Source: Balanoglossus misakiensis (taxonomy: Eukaryota > Animalia > Hemichordata). Taken from it: 64,000 bases of DNA. Each line of letters begins with the position of its first letter. Within the stretch, counting starts at the first letter, position 1. Below are positions 1 to 12,400 of the stretch, in pieces. Below the pieces are notes generated by a model, which saw only the letters and a program-made list of their open reading frames with translations, was not told the DNA's origin and did no database searches. Position numbers and translations under genes: made by a program. The stretch lies in the NCBI GenBank assembly GCA_040954595.2, contig CM082589.2, positions 124,001 to 188,000 of the forward strand. The letters run 5' to 3'.

Positions 1-23
1 TCTATTGTTCTCTGACATAGTAC

Positions 24-747
24 CTTTGTTTTCATAATTGCATTGATGAAATTCCAGTTTTCACGGTATTCTTCTGGTGTGACCTCTTCTGGTAGACCTG
101 TCTCTTGCTCATAATTATCAAGAAGAGCAATAAAGCCTGAAATAATAATTATAATAAGAAATGACTACATTTGCATTACATCTGCACATCTCATAGAAAC
201 AACCAAAACAATAGTATGCATTTTAAGACTTCTGAAGTAATTGTTTCCTGAAACTAAATTAGAAATGTAATGAAACTATACATACGTTTGAAGGTTTCTT
301 TGCGGAATACACTTTCCTTGACATACGAAAAGAGGGGATCACTGGCTCTGTCTTGTCTTCCGTCAAGGTAAACTTTCGTCTTGCCTTGAAGATCAATGGC
401 AAAGTCTTCACCAGGTATCAGCTGGTTCTCATCCAACTCCCATAGTTTGCTAATAATCTCTGATAAATCACTATCCATTCTGCAATTAATTCAATCAATC
501 ATTCAGTTAAAGATCCAATAACGATTTTGAGATGACTGCTGTCTTCTATCTTGAGCTGAAACTTGAAATATTTCAACAAGATCGATATATTTTTGTTTCT
601 CACCACACAAGAAGATGGGTCCATCAGTTGAATAAAAAGATCTCAATTCACCATTCAAAATGTATATAGTAACTTTTTAGTACAATGATTTTTCAGACAA
701 AAGTAATTCTATATCAAGGTAAAATCAATTGCATACCTGCCAGCCAT
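24..747 (-). CDS. ENDOU: Poly(U)-specific endoribonuclease EndoU/XendoU-like, copy A (no signal peptide or SMB); 5' part only, gene runs off the window start
   Basis: Coding exons 747-737 (ATG GCT GGC AG|gt), 479-286 and 136-24 join in frame to MAGRMDSDLSEIISKLWELDENQLIPGEDFAIDLQGKTK..DRASDPLFSYVKESVFRKETFKRFIALLDNYEQETGLPEEVTPEE..NFINAIMKTK, the typical XendoU N-terminal region. A probable non-coding first exon ends near 1498. Confidence 0.9.
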
Positions 748-1098
748 GTTTAATGTTTCAACTGTTAATTCAACCAATCACCTACAAGAAAATAGCATTA
801 AACAAATATAAATACAGGTAAGTGATTACTGAGACTTGTAGCAAATTCTATTCATTAAATCGGATGTGTTCAACAACAGATTCAGTGTCATGCAAATGAA
901 TATGCCACGTATCTCGTCTGAACTTGTGTGGTTAATCATTCTCGTTTCTACTACCTCCATTGGTGATCAAAGTTCAGAGTGCCATATAGCAAAGAATAAA
1001 ATGCAATTTTATAGCCCCACTACACAAAACGTCCCATTTTAGAGTTTGAATAATGGGTGTTGTAAACTGGAGGTGCATATCATATTTTGTAATCGTGT

Positions 1099-1173
1099 TA
1101 GTCTAGAATCTATCCGTTCGTAGTCGCATTCACCCAGGGTGAATGCGACTACGAACGGATAGATTCTAGACTA
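1099..1173. mobile_element. 75-bp perfect foldback MITE with 9-bp target-site duplication
   Basis: 37-bp arm TAGTCTAGAATCTATCCGTTCGTAGTCGCATTCACCC + A + exact reverse complement, flanked by the direct repeat TAATCGTGT (1090-1098, 1174-1182). Confidence 0.9.
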
Positions 1174-1499
1174 TAATCGTGTATATCAGTGATTATCACT
1201 TAAAATTTCATAGCGTTGACCAAAGCCACTGCAATCTAAATTAAACATATGATAAAGCTGTTTTCGTTTGGGATTAATCTGAATATACTCCATGAGTTGT
1301 TTGGGGGTCAAGTTGGAATGTGTTGTAAAACAAAAACGGGCAAAGTGGGTGTGTACAAATCATTAAACTTCACTGGTAGTGCCCCAGTGGTAGTTGTGAA
1401 ATGAACATTGGGACCACCGGCCGATTCTACAACACTAATGTGATTTGTGACTTGTTTGATAAGCCTGCGGCCCTGGTCACCTGAATCGATCTTTTACCT

Positions 1500-1883
1500 G
1501 GATTTCCTTCGTTTGAAGTATTGATTGACTCCGTTGGTCACGTCACCACGCCTCTCGGTCAAGCTGTCGGACGTTGCCCAGCCGATGAATGAAGCCAAGC
1601 TGTGTTGATCAAGATGCAAACTTTGCCCTTTGACCCCGCCCCTCTTATGAACTCCCTGGCCTGGGATGGACTGAATAACCGGCTATTTTACTGAACTCTT
1701 CGTTTAATCACAGAATCGCCCCTGTTACAGTGTCTTAGTTTTCAATCATTAAGTCACTTGTCAACTTCAATCTTGTCAAAACATACATGTCAATCAACAT
1801 ATCGCGATAAAACCGTGTGTGAAATTGTGTTCGTTGTAACACCTAGTTAGGGGGTCCTATCATGCCACTTTCTAAACACGATC
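1500..1883. promoter_or_regulatory. Probable bidirectional promoter and 5' UTRs of EndoU-A and SELENOI
   Basis: Divergent 5' ends, local CpG enrichment, and a GC box GACCCCGCCCC at ~1633-1643. Confidence 0.5.
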
Positions 1884-4800
1884 ATGGCGAAGAAATACCT
1901 CACCGATGAACAGATCGCCGGTTTCGACAAATATAAGGTAGACTGATCATTTACAGTACTTATTTTGGTGAATGTCTATAAAGGCCGTTGTGATGTTGTC
2001 AGATCTTTTCAAAGATTCACTCCAAAATGTGTGACAGATATCAAGAATTCAACGAACACGCCCGGCCCCTTGTGACAGAAATGGGCTTGCCCTACCCGGC
2101 ATCGTCTGCTAGTCGTAAATTTCCGGCAAATGATCACTCATAATGTTTCTTAAAATCTCACCATTATACCGCAGATGACGATAGAAGTACTGCAGCTTAG
2201 CATAATCGGAAAATTACCGCCGTCAAACTGTGGTATATACAGTTCACCACTCAATCTCTCAAGTTGTCGACCAACACGTCGACTGCTCGTTGCCTTGACA
2301 TCACGATCAAACGTACACTATCTACAGCCTTGAACTTGACTACCACCCATGGGGCATTTTCTGAGATCGTGCTATGATCGCCATCAAACCACTGACATTT
2401 TAACAATCCAATTTCAGACTAGCAACAAAAAACAAAACAGCTAAACAGTGTGTTGATGATATTGACCCCAAACGTGTCTATTTCTACAGGCACAGATACT
2501 AGTGGCTCTGTATGTCTGTCGGTGGTAGTGTCTCATATGGATTACAACTTGCAAACATGCAGATTTAAATTATATTTTATTTTCACATTGCATGGTCTTC
2601 CTTTCCTGACCTGTCAATGATTCTAATCCCCCTCCTCATTTTACATTTTGCAGTACAGTGCAGTAGACACATCTCCAGTCTCTGTTTACATCACACATCC
2701 ATTCTGGAATCAGGTGGTCAAGGTAAGATACATGTATATCATATACTGTAGAATACTTCATTTGTGGCCAGCTTACCTGATGTTAATGTACATGTACTTT
2801 GTACTGATCAAAGTAGTTCGATTGTGTTCTTGAGTGCCTACGTATTTATGCAATAGTCACGGTGTATAATCTATGGTTGTGAGGGCAGTTTGCCAGCTGT
2901 GTATCCCACCAAGCGTCAGATTATCTGATCGTGGAGAACATAGTCCATGTTTGAACAGACATGGTACTCTGAACTCAAACCCTTTCACCCCCATTTCATT
3001 GTGTTGAGGTCCAACACTGTAAACTGAAAATTGAATTCAAGTTAACCTTTGAATTCAATCGTCATTGCAGTAATAATGCTGATTATACACATATTATTGA
3101 AAATTAATTGACAACTTCTATGCAAATAACAAATTATTTTCTCCTTTCTCTATCAACAGCTTGTACCGCTATGGGTGGCACCAAACATCTTAACCTTGGG
3201 AGGGTTTTTACTCCTTATAGTTGCTTATATACTATTATACGTCTATGATAACGACTTCTTGGCATCGAGTAGGAATTATCCCGATTTAGCACCTGTACCT
3301 CAATGGGTTTGGTTTGTCTGTGGGATTTGTCAGTTCTTGTCACACACTTTAGGTGAGTAAACGCACTTGTAAGTTCATAAAACGTCTTTCATTTTGACTG
3401 TTTCTGTTTCCTGGTTGGTAGAATTGTAGAAAAGATGAACTAGCATATACAAGTTGATTGGCCATGTGGAAGTTACCTAACAGCATATAGCTGTCTCCCT
3501 GTCAAGCTTCAAATTAATAATGCTCAAAACACTCAGCGTTTGGATATTTAGGCGTGGCTCATTCAAGCTTGTCAGAGAACACATGGATGGTCAGTTATGC
3601 GTATGTATTATGTAACATACTTTTAAGCGTATGGGATTGTGTTCTGCTGCAAAACATACGTTTTTATTTTAACACAATCACAGATGATTTTCTTTCCACT
3701 GGTTTTGGAGATGATAACAATAGCTCAGAAAACAGTGGCAAGAATATTATCTGTGCCTTTGTGCTGACAAAAAAGTCACAACAATGTGTATTGTTCCAAG
3801 AGTATTACACTCAGTGTAACCATTGATTGTACCAGTGCTAAGGTAGTGAAAATTCATAAAATTACAGCTGTCTCTCCTTCATGATAATCCCATTTAAATG
3901 GTCTTTTAAAAACATTTTCATGTTACAGATGGTATAGATGGCAAACAAGCTAGACGAACTCAGTCAAGTTCACCACTAGGAGAGTTATTCGACCATGGCA
4001 TCGACAGTTGGGCCATTTTATTCCTGCCTGTTGCAATATATTCCATCTTCGGCCGAGACGGAAATGACTATGGAAAAAACATTTTTGTGATGTACTGGGT
4101 TGTGTTGAACATCGAAGTCTGTTTCATCATCTCGCACTGGGAAAAATACAACACTGGAGTTCTGTTTTTACCCTGGGGTTACGATGTTAGCCAAATTGTA
4201 AGTATTAGTGGTCAAATAATTGTTGATCTGTAGATAATAGTTGCTGGCAGAAATGAAATTATCAATGAGATGAAGTTTGTTTCTGCCAAACAAATATTGC
4301 CATATTCTCAGATGGTGGCTATTTCATACCACTTGATTCCACCTGCTGTGTTCTATTTTTGACTTTACACCAGTTACTAATTGTAGATGGGATCCACCTA
4401 CAGTGATTGACAGGGTCAAGCGTAATAAGCAAATCCTGCAATCGCAACAGCTGAATATCACTCTAATATTGATCTCCGATGTTTCTATACATACAGGGCA
4501 TGACAGTGGTGTACTTATTAACAGGTGTCTATGGTATTGAAATTTGGAAAGGAGCCTACTTTGGATTATTTGAATTTAGAACTTTGTTTTTATTGTGTGT
4601 TTATGGTGAGTATATTGTCTGGGTTATAAAGTGGTGAAAGGCACAACTGAATGTAAATATGAGCATTTCAGTGACTTCTTTGAAAGTTCAATAAATCTTA
4701 TCATTTCTCGTTTTTCCACTTTAGCTGGGACATTCCTGATAACATTACCCCAGAGTTTCTACAATGTTTACAGGTAGGTCTAGACTAGATGCCTTTGTGA

Positions 4801-5778
4801 GTATTTTGTCGTCTCATTATTTTGCTTCCTCTAATCATTTTTGTTCTACAAAGCTAATCATGTAACCCAACTCTCAGATGATTGATGATTTTTACATACT
4901 TTACTGAACAAATGCAAATAACGGATTTTATCCTTCTCAGGTCATATGCGGATAAAACTGGCAAAATGCGATCCTTTCCGGAGGCTATCCGGCCGATGGT
5001 TCCGGCGTTAGTTCTCTTTGTTGTTGGTACACTCTGGGCCTACCAGTCTCCGTACGGAATTTTAGAAAAAAATCCGCGACTTTTTTTCTGGCTTATAGGA
5101 ACAAGCTTTTCCAACATTACAGTAAGTTATTTTAGCTTCTATAACATGTAAGCATATCTGGGTGGTTTCATGTGGACATGATTTGCCACCCAGGTAAACA
5201 TGCATGTTTTATAGCCATCTGCCTCGAGACACAAAACAGGAATTGACATATATTATTTTGTCTTGACTTCTAAGGCAGTTCTAACCTTTAGATCTTACAC
5301 AATTTGACATATGTTGCAATCAGAGAGTCACTCACCACTTTGTCGATTTATGTTTCCTTGCTCCATTTCAGTGTCGACTCATAGTTGCGCAGATGTCAAG
5401 TACGAGAGCAGACGCACTGAACATATTACTGGTTCCCATCTCAGCGCTGGCGTTTGCTGCTCTGGTCTTTGATCTTGGTGTCTGTGAATTCTATTTGACC
5501 TGGGGTTTAACAATATTGGTCACGTTGGTTCATCTGCACTATTGTGTTTGTGTGGTAAGTAGTTGTCCTTTTGTTGTTGGTCCCTCAGAGCTACATGGTT
5601 TGGTCCAAATCCATTGTTTTCTATGGTAAAGTTGAACTTCTACAAAGGGAAACAGGGGTGAAAGGTTTAAACCAGATTTGTTCTTTTTGTGTCTGAACAG
5701 GTGCAGCAGATGTGTGATCATTTCAACATCTACTGCTTCACGATCACCAAGAAACCATCACAGAATAAAGACAAGTAA
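1884..5778 (+). CDS. SELENOI: Ethanolaminephosphotransferase 1 (SELENOI/EPT1 orthologue, CDP-alcohol phosphotransferase), non-selenoprotein form
   Basis: Nine GT-AG exons: 1884-1937, 2654-2722, 3160-3352, 3929-4197, 4497-4605, 4725-4773, 4941-5121, 5372-5554, 5701-5778. N-terminus [29 protein letters not shown]; CDP-alcohol motif [27 protein letters not shown]; EPT1-type [18 protein letters not shown]; ends [12 protein letters not shown]. Confidence 0.95.
2978..3020 (+). repeat. Degenerate partial copy of the TTAA MITE
   Basis: AACCCTTTCACCCCCATTTC..GAGGTCCAAC matches the left half of the 13991-14083 element. Confidence 0.55.
5594..5670 (-). repeat. Degenerate copy of the TTAA MITE in the last SELENOI intron
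   Basis: CATGGTTTGGTCC..ATTGTTTTCTATGGTAAAGTTGAACTTCTA..GGGAAACAGGGGTGAAAGGTTTAA aligns with the reverse complement of 13995-14079. Confidence 0.7.
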
Positions 5779-5837
5779 GAGATCACAAATTCCTGTATCA
5801 GTTGAAAACGCACATGAGTAGCGGGTGATTTGTCGTG

Positions 5838-5851
5838 CCACTAGAGGGCAC
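5838..5851 (+). promoter_or_regulatory. CTCF consensus motif in the SELENOI 3' UTR
   Basis: CCACTAGAGGGCAC fits the CCASYAGRKGGCR core; occupancy is unknown. Confidence 0.45.
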
Positions 5852-7690
5852 ACTTCCACTACCCTAAATTAGGGTGTTTGGAAGCAGTGTTTGTAAGGTC
5901 AGACAAACTTATACAGATTCATTAAAATGACTGATTTACCAAGCTAGCTTGCTCATAGTTCATATAATTTTCTAATGAAACATTTTTTTCCCCTCATAAT
6001 TTGTACATATCATTGGTATATATGAGTACAAACTGCCATTTTGACAGAAAAGTCTTACTGTAGGTTCAAAATGTTACCTGTAATTTTTATAGATCTGCAT
6101 GTTACACCATGACATTGAACTTGGTACTTGTACTATTTATAAAAGGCACAGATGTCTCAATGCAGCTTGATAAGTTTTGTTTTCATTTTATTTTGTATTT
6201 CTGGTTTTGTTTCTTAAAATGAATTGAGCTGTATTTCATCTTGAAAATAATTTTTCCACACAATTATTTGAACTTTCACCTCTGCCAAAATATTTCAAAG
6301 ATATAAAGGAATCTGTATTTTTTCAAATCTTTTTCCAAAGTTGTGTCCTGCCTTCAAAATGCATGCAACAATGAATGCACACACAATGCATGTTTTTAAT
6401 ACTAGTACAATGTGTTTGTCTGTCTGCATGTTTTTTATTAGCAGCTGAGGTTTTGACTAATCTGTTACTGATCTTGATCACAAATGTTATTACGAGTAAC
6501 TAGCCATTTTTGCGAGATAGATTAAACTTCATAAGTTATTTTATGATTTTCATGTGTTGTTAATTTTGATTTGCCATGTTACAGTATTAATGTTACCAGG
6601 AATAAATTATTGTGTGTACTTAAACTCCTTGTGGCATGTTTGTTGTTTTAAATAAATAACACCCCTCAAACTCTGTGTCTTATAGGCTGTCCTTGTTGTT
6701 GTCTGTGGAAAGTTTAGGCCATACCATTTAGGTGTAGGGTAGTACACTAGGTAGGGATGAGTTTCAGAGTAGAACAAGTGTCAGTTTTCATGAATGCATA
6801 ATTGCTATTAGTAGGACAAAGCTTTCTTAAATATATGAAGCATCTATCTGCACAGTTCAAGCTTTATGATGTTTACTATACTTCAGTGGAGTATTGCAGA
6901 CTCTGTATATTACCGTTCAAATCAGTCATGAAATTTTTGGCCCAGGAAAGTTATTAAATGTACAACATGCTCCATGTCTCATCTTGTTTTCCCAACATTT
7001 TCTTTCCACATATTCCAGACATTTCCAGACAGAAAACAATATCCATACCAGCATTCCTGTCTGTTCATCTGCTTCTGCAAACGGCTTTTGATGTTCGCAA
7101 TCCTGTCTCTGCTGCAAGTGCTTTTCTGCAAACTGCTCTTCCACTTTCAAGTTCCAAGTTTTGTCAGAAACTCTCACCACTCACCATAGAAAAATCCCTG
7201 TAGTTGACCATGTAGAATCTCAGCTCAGAATTGCAAATGTCGTCACCTATAAAATCACCACACATAAACAAAATACAATATTACAAGACTAACTGCCACA
7301 ACTTGGAACTCGTATGATGCTTGTAAATAAATCCAGAGCTTCACCAAGCATGTTTTATTGATGTTTTCTTTCTGTGCTTTCTCAGCTAACCATCTCTATA
7401 TTCACTATGGTGAATTTTTATTTGCGATATAAAAGCATTGAAGGCATAATGATCTCTCATTCTTTTGTGATAATTTAAAATATGGTGCTGGTATTTGAAA
7501 ACCATCACCTTGTTTAGTCTTGAACATCATGGCAAAGTGTTTTGTTGCCATATGCTGTATTTCACCTTGTGCAATTGTCTCTGGGTTTTCTGCAATAAAC
7601 ACAACATTTAGACCTATTTTTTGTGTGTTAATAGAACTTAGCAGACTTTGCCGACATTTTAATGTTTTGTTAGTATTTTATCCGCCATGC

Positions 7691-7716
7691 TGTGTCCTTG
7701 AGCAAGGCACTTTACT
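7691..7716 (+). repeat. SINE central-domain fragment (CORE-like)
   Basis: TGTGTCCTTGAGCAAGGCACTTTAC resembles the conserved core motif of tRNA-derived SINEs of aquatic animals; no tRNA head is visible. Confidence 0.5.
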
Positions 7717-9442
7717 TCTCATCACGTCTCCATGATTCAAAAGTGGTGTGGTTACCTCATCCCGTATACAGCCTGTCTTTTATCATATAAAGGATGGAAT
7801 AGAGTAAAAAACAATTAAAACTTAGAGTGATTTGCTAGATTTGATGTTTGCTTTGTAGTGTCATATTCAACTTCAAACTTCAGTAAGAAAGTTCTACTTA
7901 CCATGTATTCTAGTGTAGTCCTTCCAATAGATGTTAAGATTGATGTAACTTGGTGATATCTGTGACCATGCTGTATGGGTCATGACAAAATATTGTGAAG
8001 CATTTATTGAAAGACGTCTTATCAAAAAATGTTTACGCAATCTTTTTCATTCTTCCTTCATATTTATGTGACTTTTTGTAAACTTGACCTCAAGGTCCAC
8101 AATTTCAAGTTATTTAAGTCGAGAGAATTGTTATCAACTTTCACTTGCATGACCAATTAAAGTTTATGTATTGAAACCAAGTCTGAGGACAATTCTGTCG
8201 TTTCTAGACATTTCTATGGCCAAGTGTGAGCTCTAAACACAAGTGGCTTTATATGTACCAGATGCCATTTGCTCTCTACAATGATAATGAACCCCAATGA
8301 CTTACCTAATGCCAGATAGATATGCCCTGATAATGCACTGTGAACAAGAAAATCCCACACTCGTATTCTAAGAGTTGTTTATTATACAAAGTTTATTTTT
8401 GAATTTGTACATTAAAACAAAACAGACCCCATGAATGTTAATGTGCAAGTTTTTTTGTCAAAATACATACATGTGCTCAAAATTAAAATCTGAAAAGTAC
8501 TGAGCGACACCATGAACCAATCTAACATAGATTTTTAGTTCTTGATCAAAACTCCTTCAATCACATAACCCCCTTTTCACTTTGTAAAATGGTATATCCC
8601 TATTGTTTTTGATGATGTGGCAAGAACTATTTACAAAGAAAAGGGGTGTCGATCCCTGTTATAACTGGAAGTGTTTCTCTACTCTACAATGAATTACAAT
8701 TACCGGTAAAACAAATATACAATTTAGAAATGCTATGGTGATTATAATACAGGTTATACTTTTTACAAACAAAGGATAATTGAAGATTGGTAAGTTCTAT
8801 GCAAGTCTCAAGACCCGCATAAGAATAAAGGCACTTGACAGAAGACAACCTCACACAGAGAATTACAATCAAAGAACTCCTGATGCAACACAGCCAATTA
8901 CACTCTTTGCAGTATACAACACAAATTAACCTTTTAAAACAACAATTTACAGAATAAAAATCGGTCAAACACAAAACGAGTAAATGTTAGCATTTATAAG
9001 AATCTCTGTGGAAGGCACCTACTATAGTATTAGGTTGTTAGATAGGAGGGCCTTCTGACATCTTTCGAAGTTCTGTTTTTTTATGTTCACACCAAATTTG
9101 GTCATTTTAAAATGTCCCTTTTGACCTACATTGTGAATTCAACTTTTTGACTTAACCAGCTGTTGTGATTACAACTGTACTGATCCAAGTTAACTTCAAA
9201 TTTTTCAAACAATTCATGATTAAGAACACTGGAACAAAATATTGAGGCATTACATAAAAAGCTTTGTTTCACAATGCCTCAAACACTAATCTTCCATCAA
9301 CGGAATTAGAACTCCAAAACAGCTGCATTGGTGGGAATTTTGAATTGTTGATTAAAACGAAACTTTTGCTTCAAGAGCTACCAAAGCAAACCAGGTAAAA
9401 TCACTGAGTGATGGAGATTGTCTTCCTCTTATTGTAGGTTTT

Positions 9443-12400
9443 TTATTTTTTCTGATTTTCAAAAACTGTGAGACTGACAGCAGAAGGAATGGAGAGAATA
9501 ACTCTTGCAACATGTGTGTGATCCATGTAGGCTACATTGATGTCATTGACTGAAGTGATGTACTGACCAACCTGTAAGAAACAATAAGAAGTTCTCATTA
9601 ATAGCACATACTCCAATCATGTTAATTGAAAAGACAAAAACTGGGGGGCAAATTTCAGGGCATTTCTGGAATTTAAAATTTTGTTGCATTGATCACTCCG
9701 CTGAGGTACTATACACGAAAGACGTGCATCTCTTGCCACTGAGGGCGACAGCACAACTTACCCTGAGACCTGCTGCAGCAGCTGGACTGCTTGGGTCTAT
9801 GGTCTGTACATGTGTTGGGGAGGATCCTCTAACAACAAAACCAAAGCCCACTGCATCACTTAAAATCTGCAAGATCAGGAAATGACACAGATTTATTTTG
9901 ATGATGACGACGATGGTGGTGGTGATGAAGATGATGATGTTGTTGGTGTTGTTAATGAATACAATGATGACATATCAAACTGCACATAACAGCAATTGCA
10001 AACCTACCCTGATATCTTTCTTGACATATGTTGAACCAGGGCAAAAAAGTTTTTCAAGAATTGGATTCTGACTCCATTGGCCAACTGCTGGAGCAGTCAT
10101 TTCAATCCCACTATCTCCGGAAGAGGAACACGACCTCTCACTGCTCCATTCTGCATCACTTTCAAAATTCGTGGCCAGCTTTTCCTGGAATATCTCTTCC
10201 ATGCTGTCGACTTCATGGAATAGCATGGGACTGCTGTGTCTCCTGGCGTGGAGTCCTGGAGGCACCATCAGATGTCCACCACCCACTGAGAAAGAAATTG
10301 AACAGATCTCATCAGATATATCATATAGACCATTTTCTGAACTCTATGAGAACCTGTGAGATCTCGCGGTGAGATCTCGTGTGGCTAGGCAAGTTTATAT
10401 GGGAGGACATTCTCATGTGACACAGGACAAACAAGACCTTCATACTCTTATCAAAACAGTTAACCCCTCCCCTCCCCTACACTGTACCCACCAGAAAGGG
10501 CAAAAGTTACTGACTGGGGCACAGAAAACAGCTAGTGGGTAATTTATCCTAAAACCTACTTGGTTGATTAAATTCCCAAGGATATCCAGCCTTAGTAGGC
10601 GTTGATGGTGATGGCACGGGGGAATGATTGACATTCCATGGATACCCTGTTTTGATTGGCACTTCCGGTGGCGATGAGGAAGAGGAGATGGACCGGTTAG
10701 ATCCCTGAGATGTGCTTCGTCGTCTTTCATTTGCAAATTCCACCAGGTCCATCAGTTTGAGATGACTGAGATCGGAAAATTGATACCAGAGGTTGATGTT
10801 GTCATTGAAGTCTTCCTCTTCTTTCACTAGTCAAAACAACAACACGAAAATTGTTGTAATGAATCCAGATATCAAAACAGGAATGCATAAAAACAATGGA
10901 AGGTAGCAAAAACGACTGGCTTTGCACAAAACATTATTTCAGTGGAAAAGAGAAATTCCACCATCCCTGAAGCACACTCACACTTGCTAATGATAAGTCC
11001 AAAGTGACTTACCACACAAGGCTAACTTACCATGTCTGAGAATGCCATGCTCCACAAGATCTTTACACATAGCAACAGCCTGTTTTCTGGATTTCACATC
11101 TTTGTCTTTCACAAGAACATCAACCAAATCTTTCCCTGAAAAACACTGAAGTCACAAAACCTTCTTTATATTAAAGCCAACTCTTGTTACAATTTGATCA
11201 AAATTACCCATCAAATCATAATCATAGTTTTGGGATTATGAATAATAAAAGAGCCCTGTTCCTAGGATAGCAACCAGTTCACCTAGCAACCTGGAAAGAT
11301 CTATAGGTTTGTTTTTAATGTTGAAACACACCTGTCTGTACAGCTGACCATCTTCTTTTATATCTTTGACAATTGGATGCTGAACACTACCTCTAAATAA
11401 TCTGAAAAATATAAAATCAATGTATTTTTAACTTCACTATTCAAACAAAATGCTGTAGTCAACCTTTGCCCTTTCATCGTTAGGTTTTCACAAATTATAT
11501 TTCTATAGCCAAATAATGGCAAGATCCCAATTATCAATGGCTATATACGTACTGTGGCACTGTGATAGTATCCCTTAGCAACATTTTCTCAGGTTTATTT
11601 TCCTTCTTCATGAACACTCATGATTTTAGAAAAGGAACTTCTTACATATAAAAAAAATCCATTAGCTACTTATGGGTCATGCATGCCAAAATGTCAAAGC
11701 AGTTCACTCAACCAGACAAACAGAAAAACACTCCAGTTCACCCCCTTCAAGTGAAACTCCCTGCTGATATACAGGCAATGATGAAGCATAAATCATTAGA
11801 GATCAGTCAAAATCACTTGACGTCAGACAAGTATGCCTTGTAGAGTGGTCTCATTGTCTCCACTCAGTTGACTAAGAAACGAGGCGTCTAATCAATACAC
11901 ATCAGCTGTGTGAAATGTTGATATCTGATCAGCTGGTTACACTGTCAACATTTTATCAGCTTCTTTTTTAAAGGGCACTACATATGGGAATATTGATCTT
12001 AGTCAAATAATTGAAAACTAAATTAAGAACACTATTGCTGGAATACTGACGTATCTATATTTTCCTTCAGAAAAAAACTATTCTCACTAACTTAGAAATA
12101 AGGTTTTCTATTCTGCTATTATCAGACTTGGAATATCCCAGCAGGGTTATTTTACAGAATCCACTGAGAGCAGTCAAACAGATTCCATGTCAACTTTTAT
12201 TTTCAGTTTCATGTTACATTTAACATTTTCTCCTGAAAGAAGCAATAACAGTGGTTTTCCTAGAACCATTGTGACGTTGGAATGTTTTGTCACTGTGCCA
12301 GCTCTTGGTTGAGGCAGACAAATAAAGATTTGATCAAAACAATAAACATGAAATGGTTTACTAAGAAAATGGTCCCCATTTCCGTGAGGTGAGTTATATT

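Noticed and set aside
5920-6660. Possible SECIS in the SELENOI 3' UTR (ATGA at ~5927)
   Set aside because: No paired GA quartet with an apical AA loop is evident, and the CDS ends in TAA with no in-frame TGA.
8684-8974. Cys-rich 96-aa ORF
   Set aside because: Lies in the TG-rich presumptive DEPTOR 3' UTR; composition explains the cysteines and there is no ATG start.
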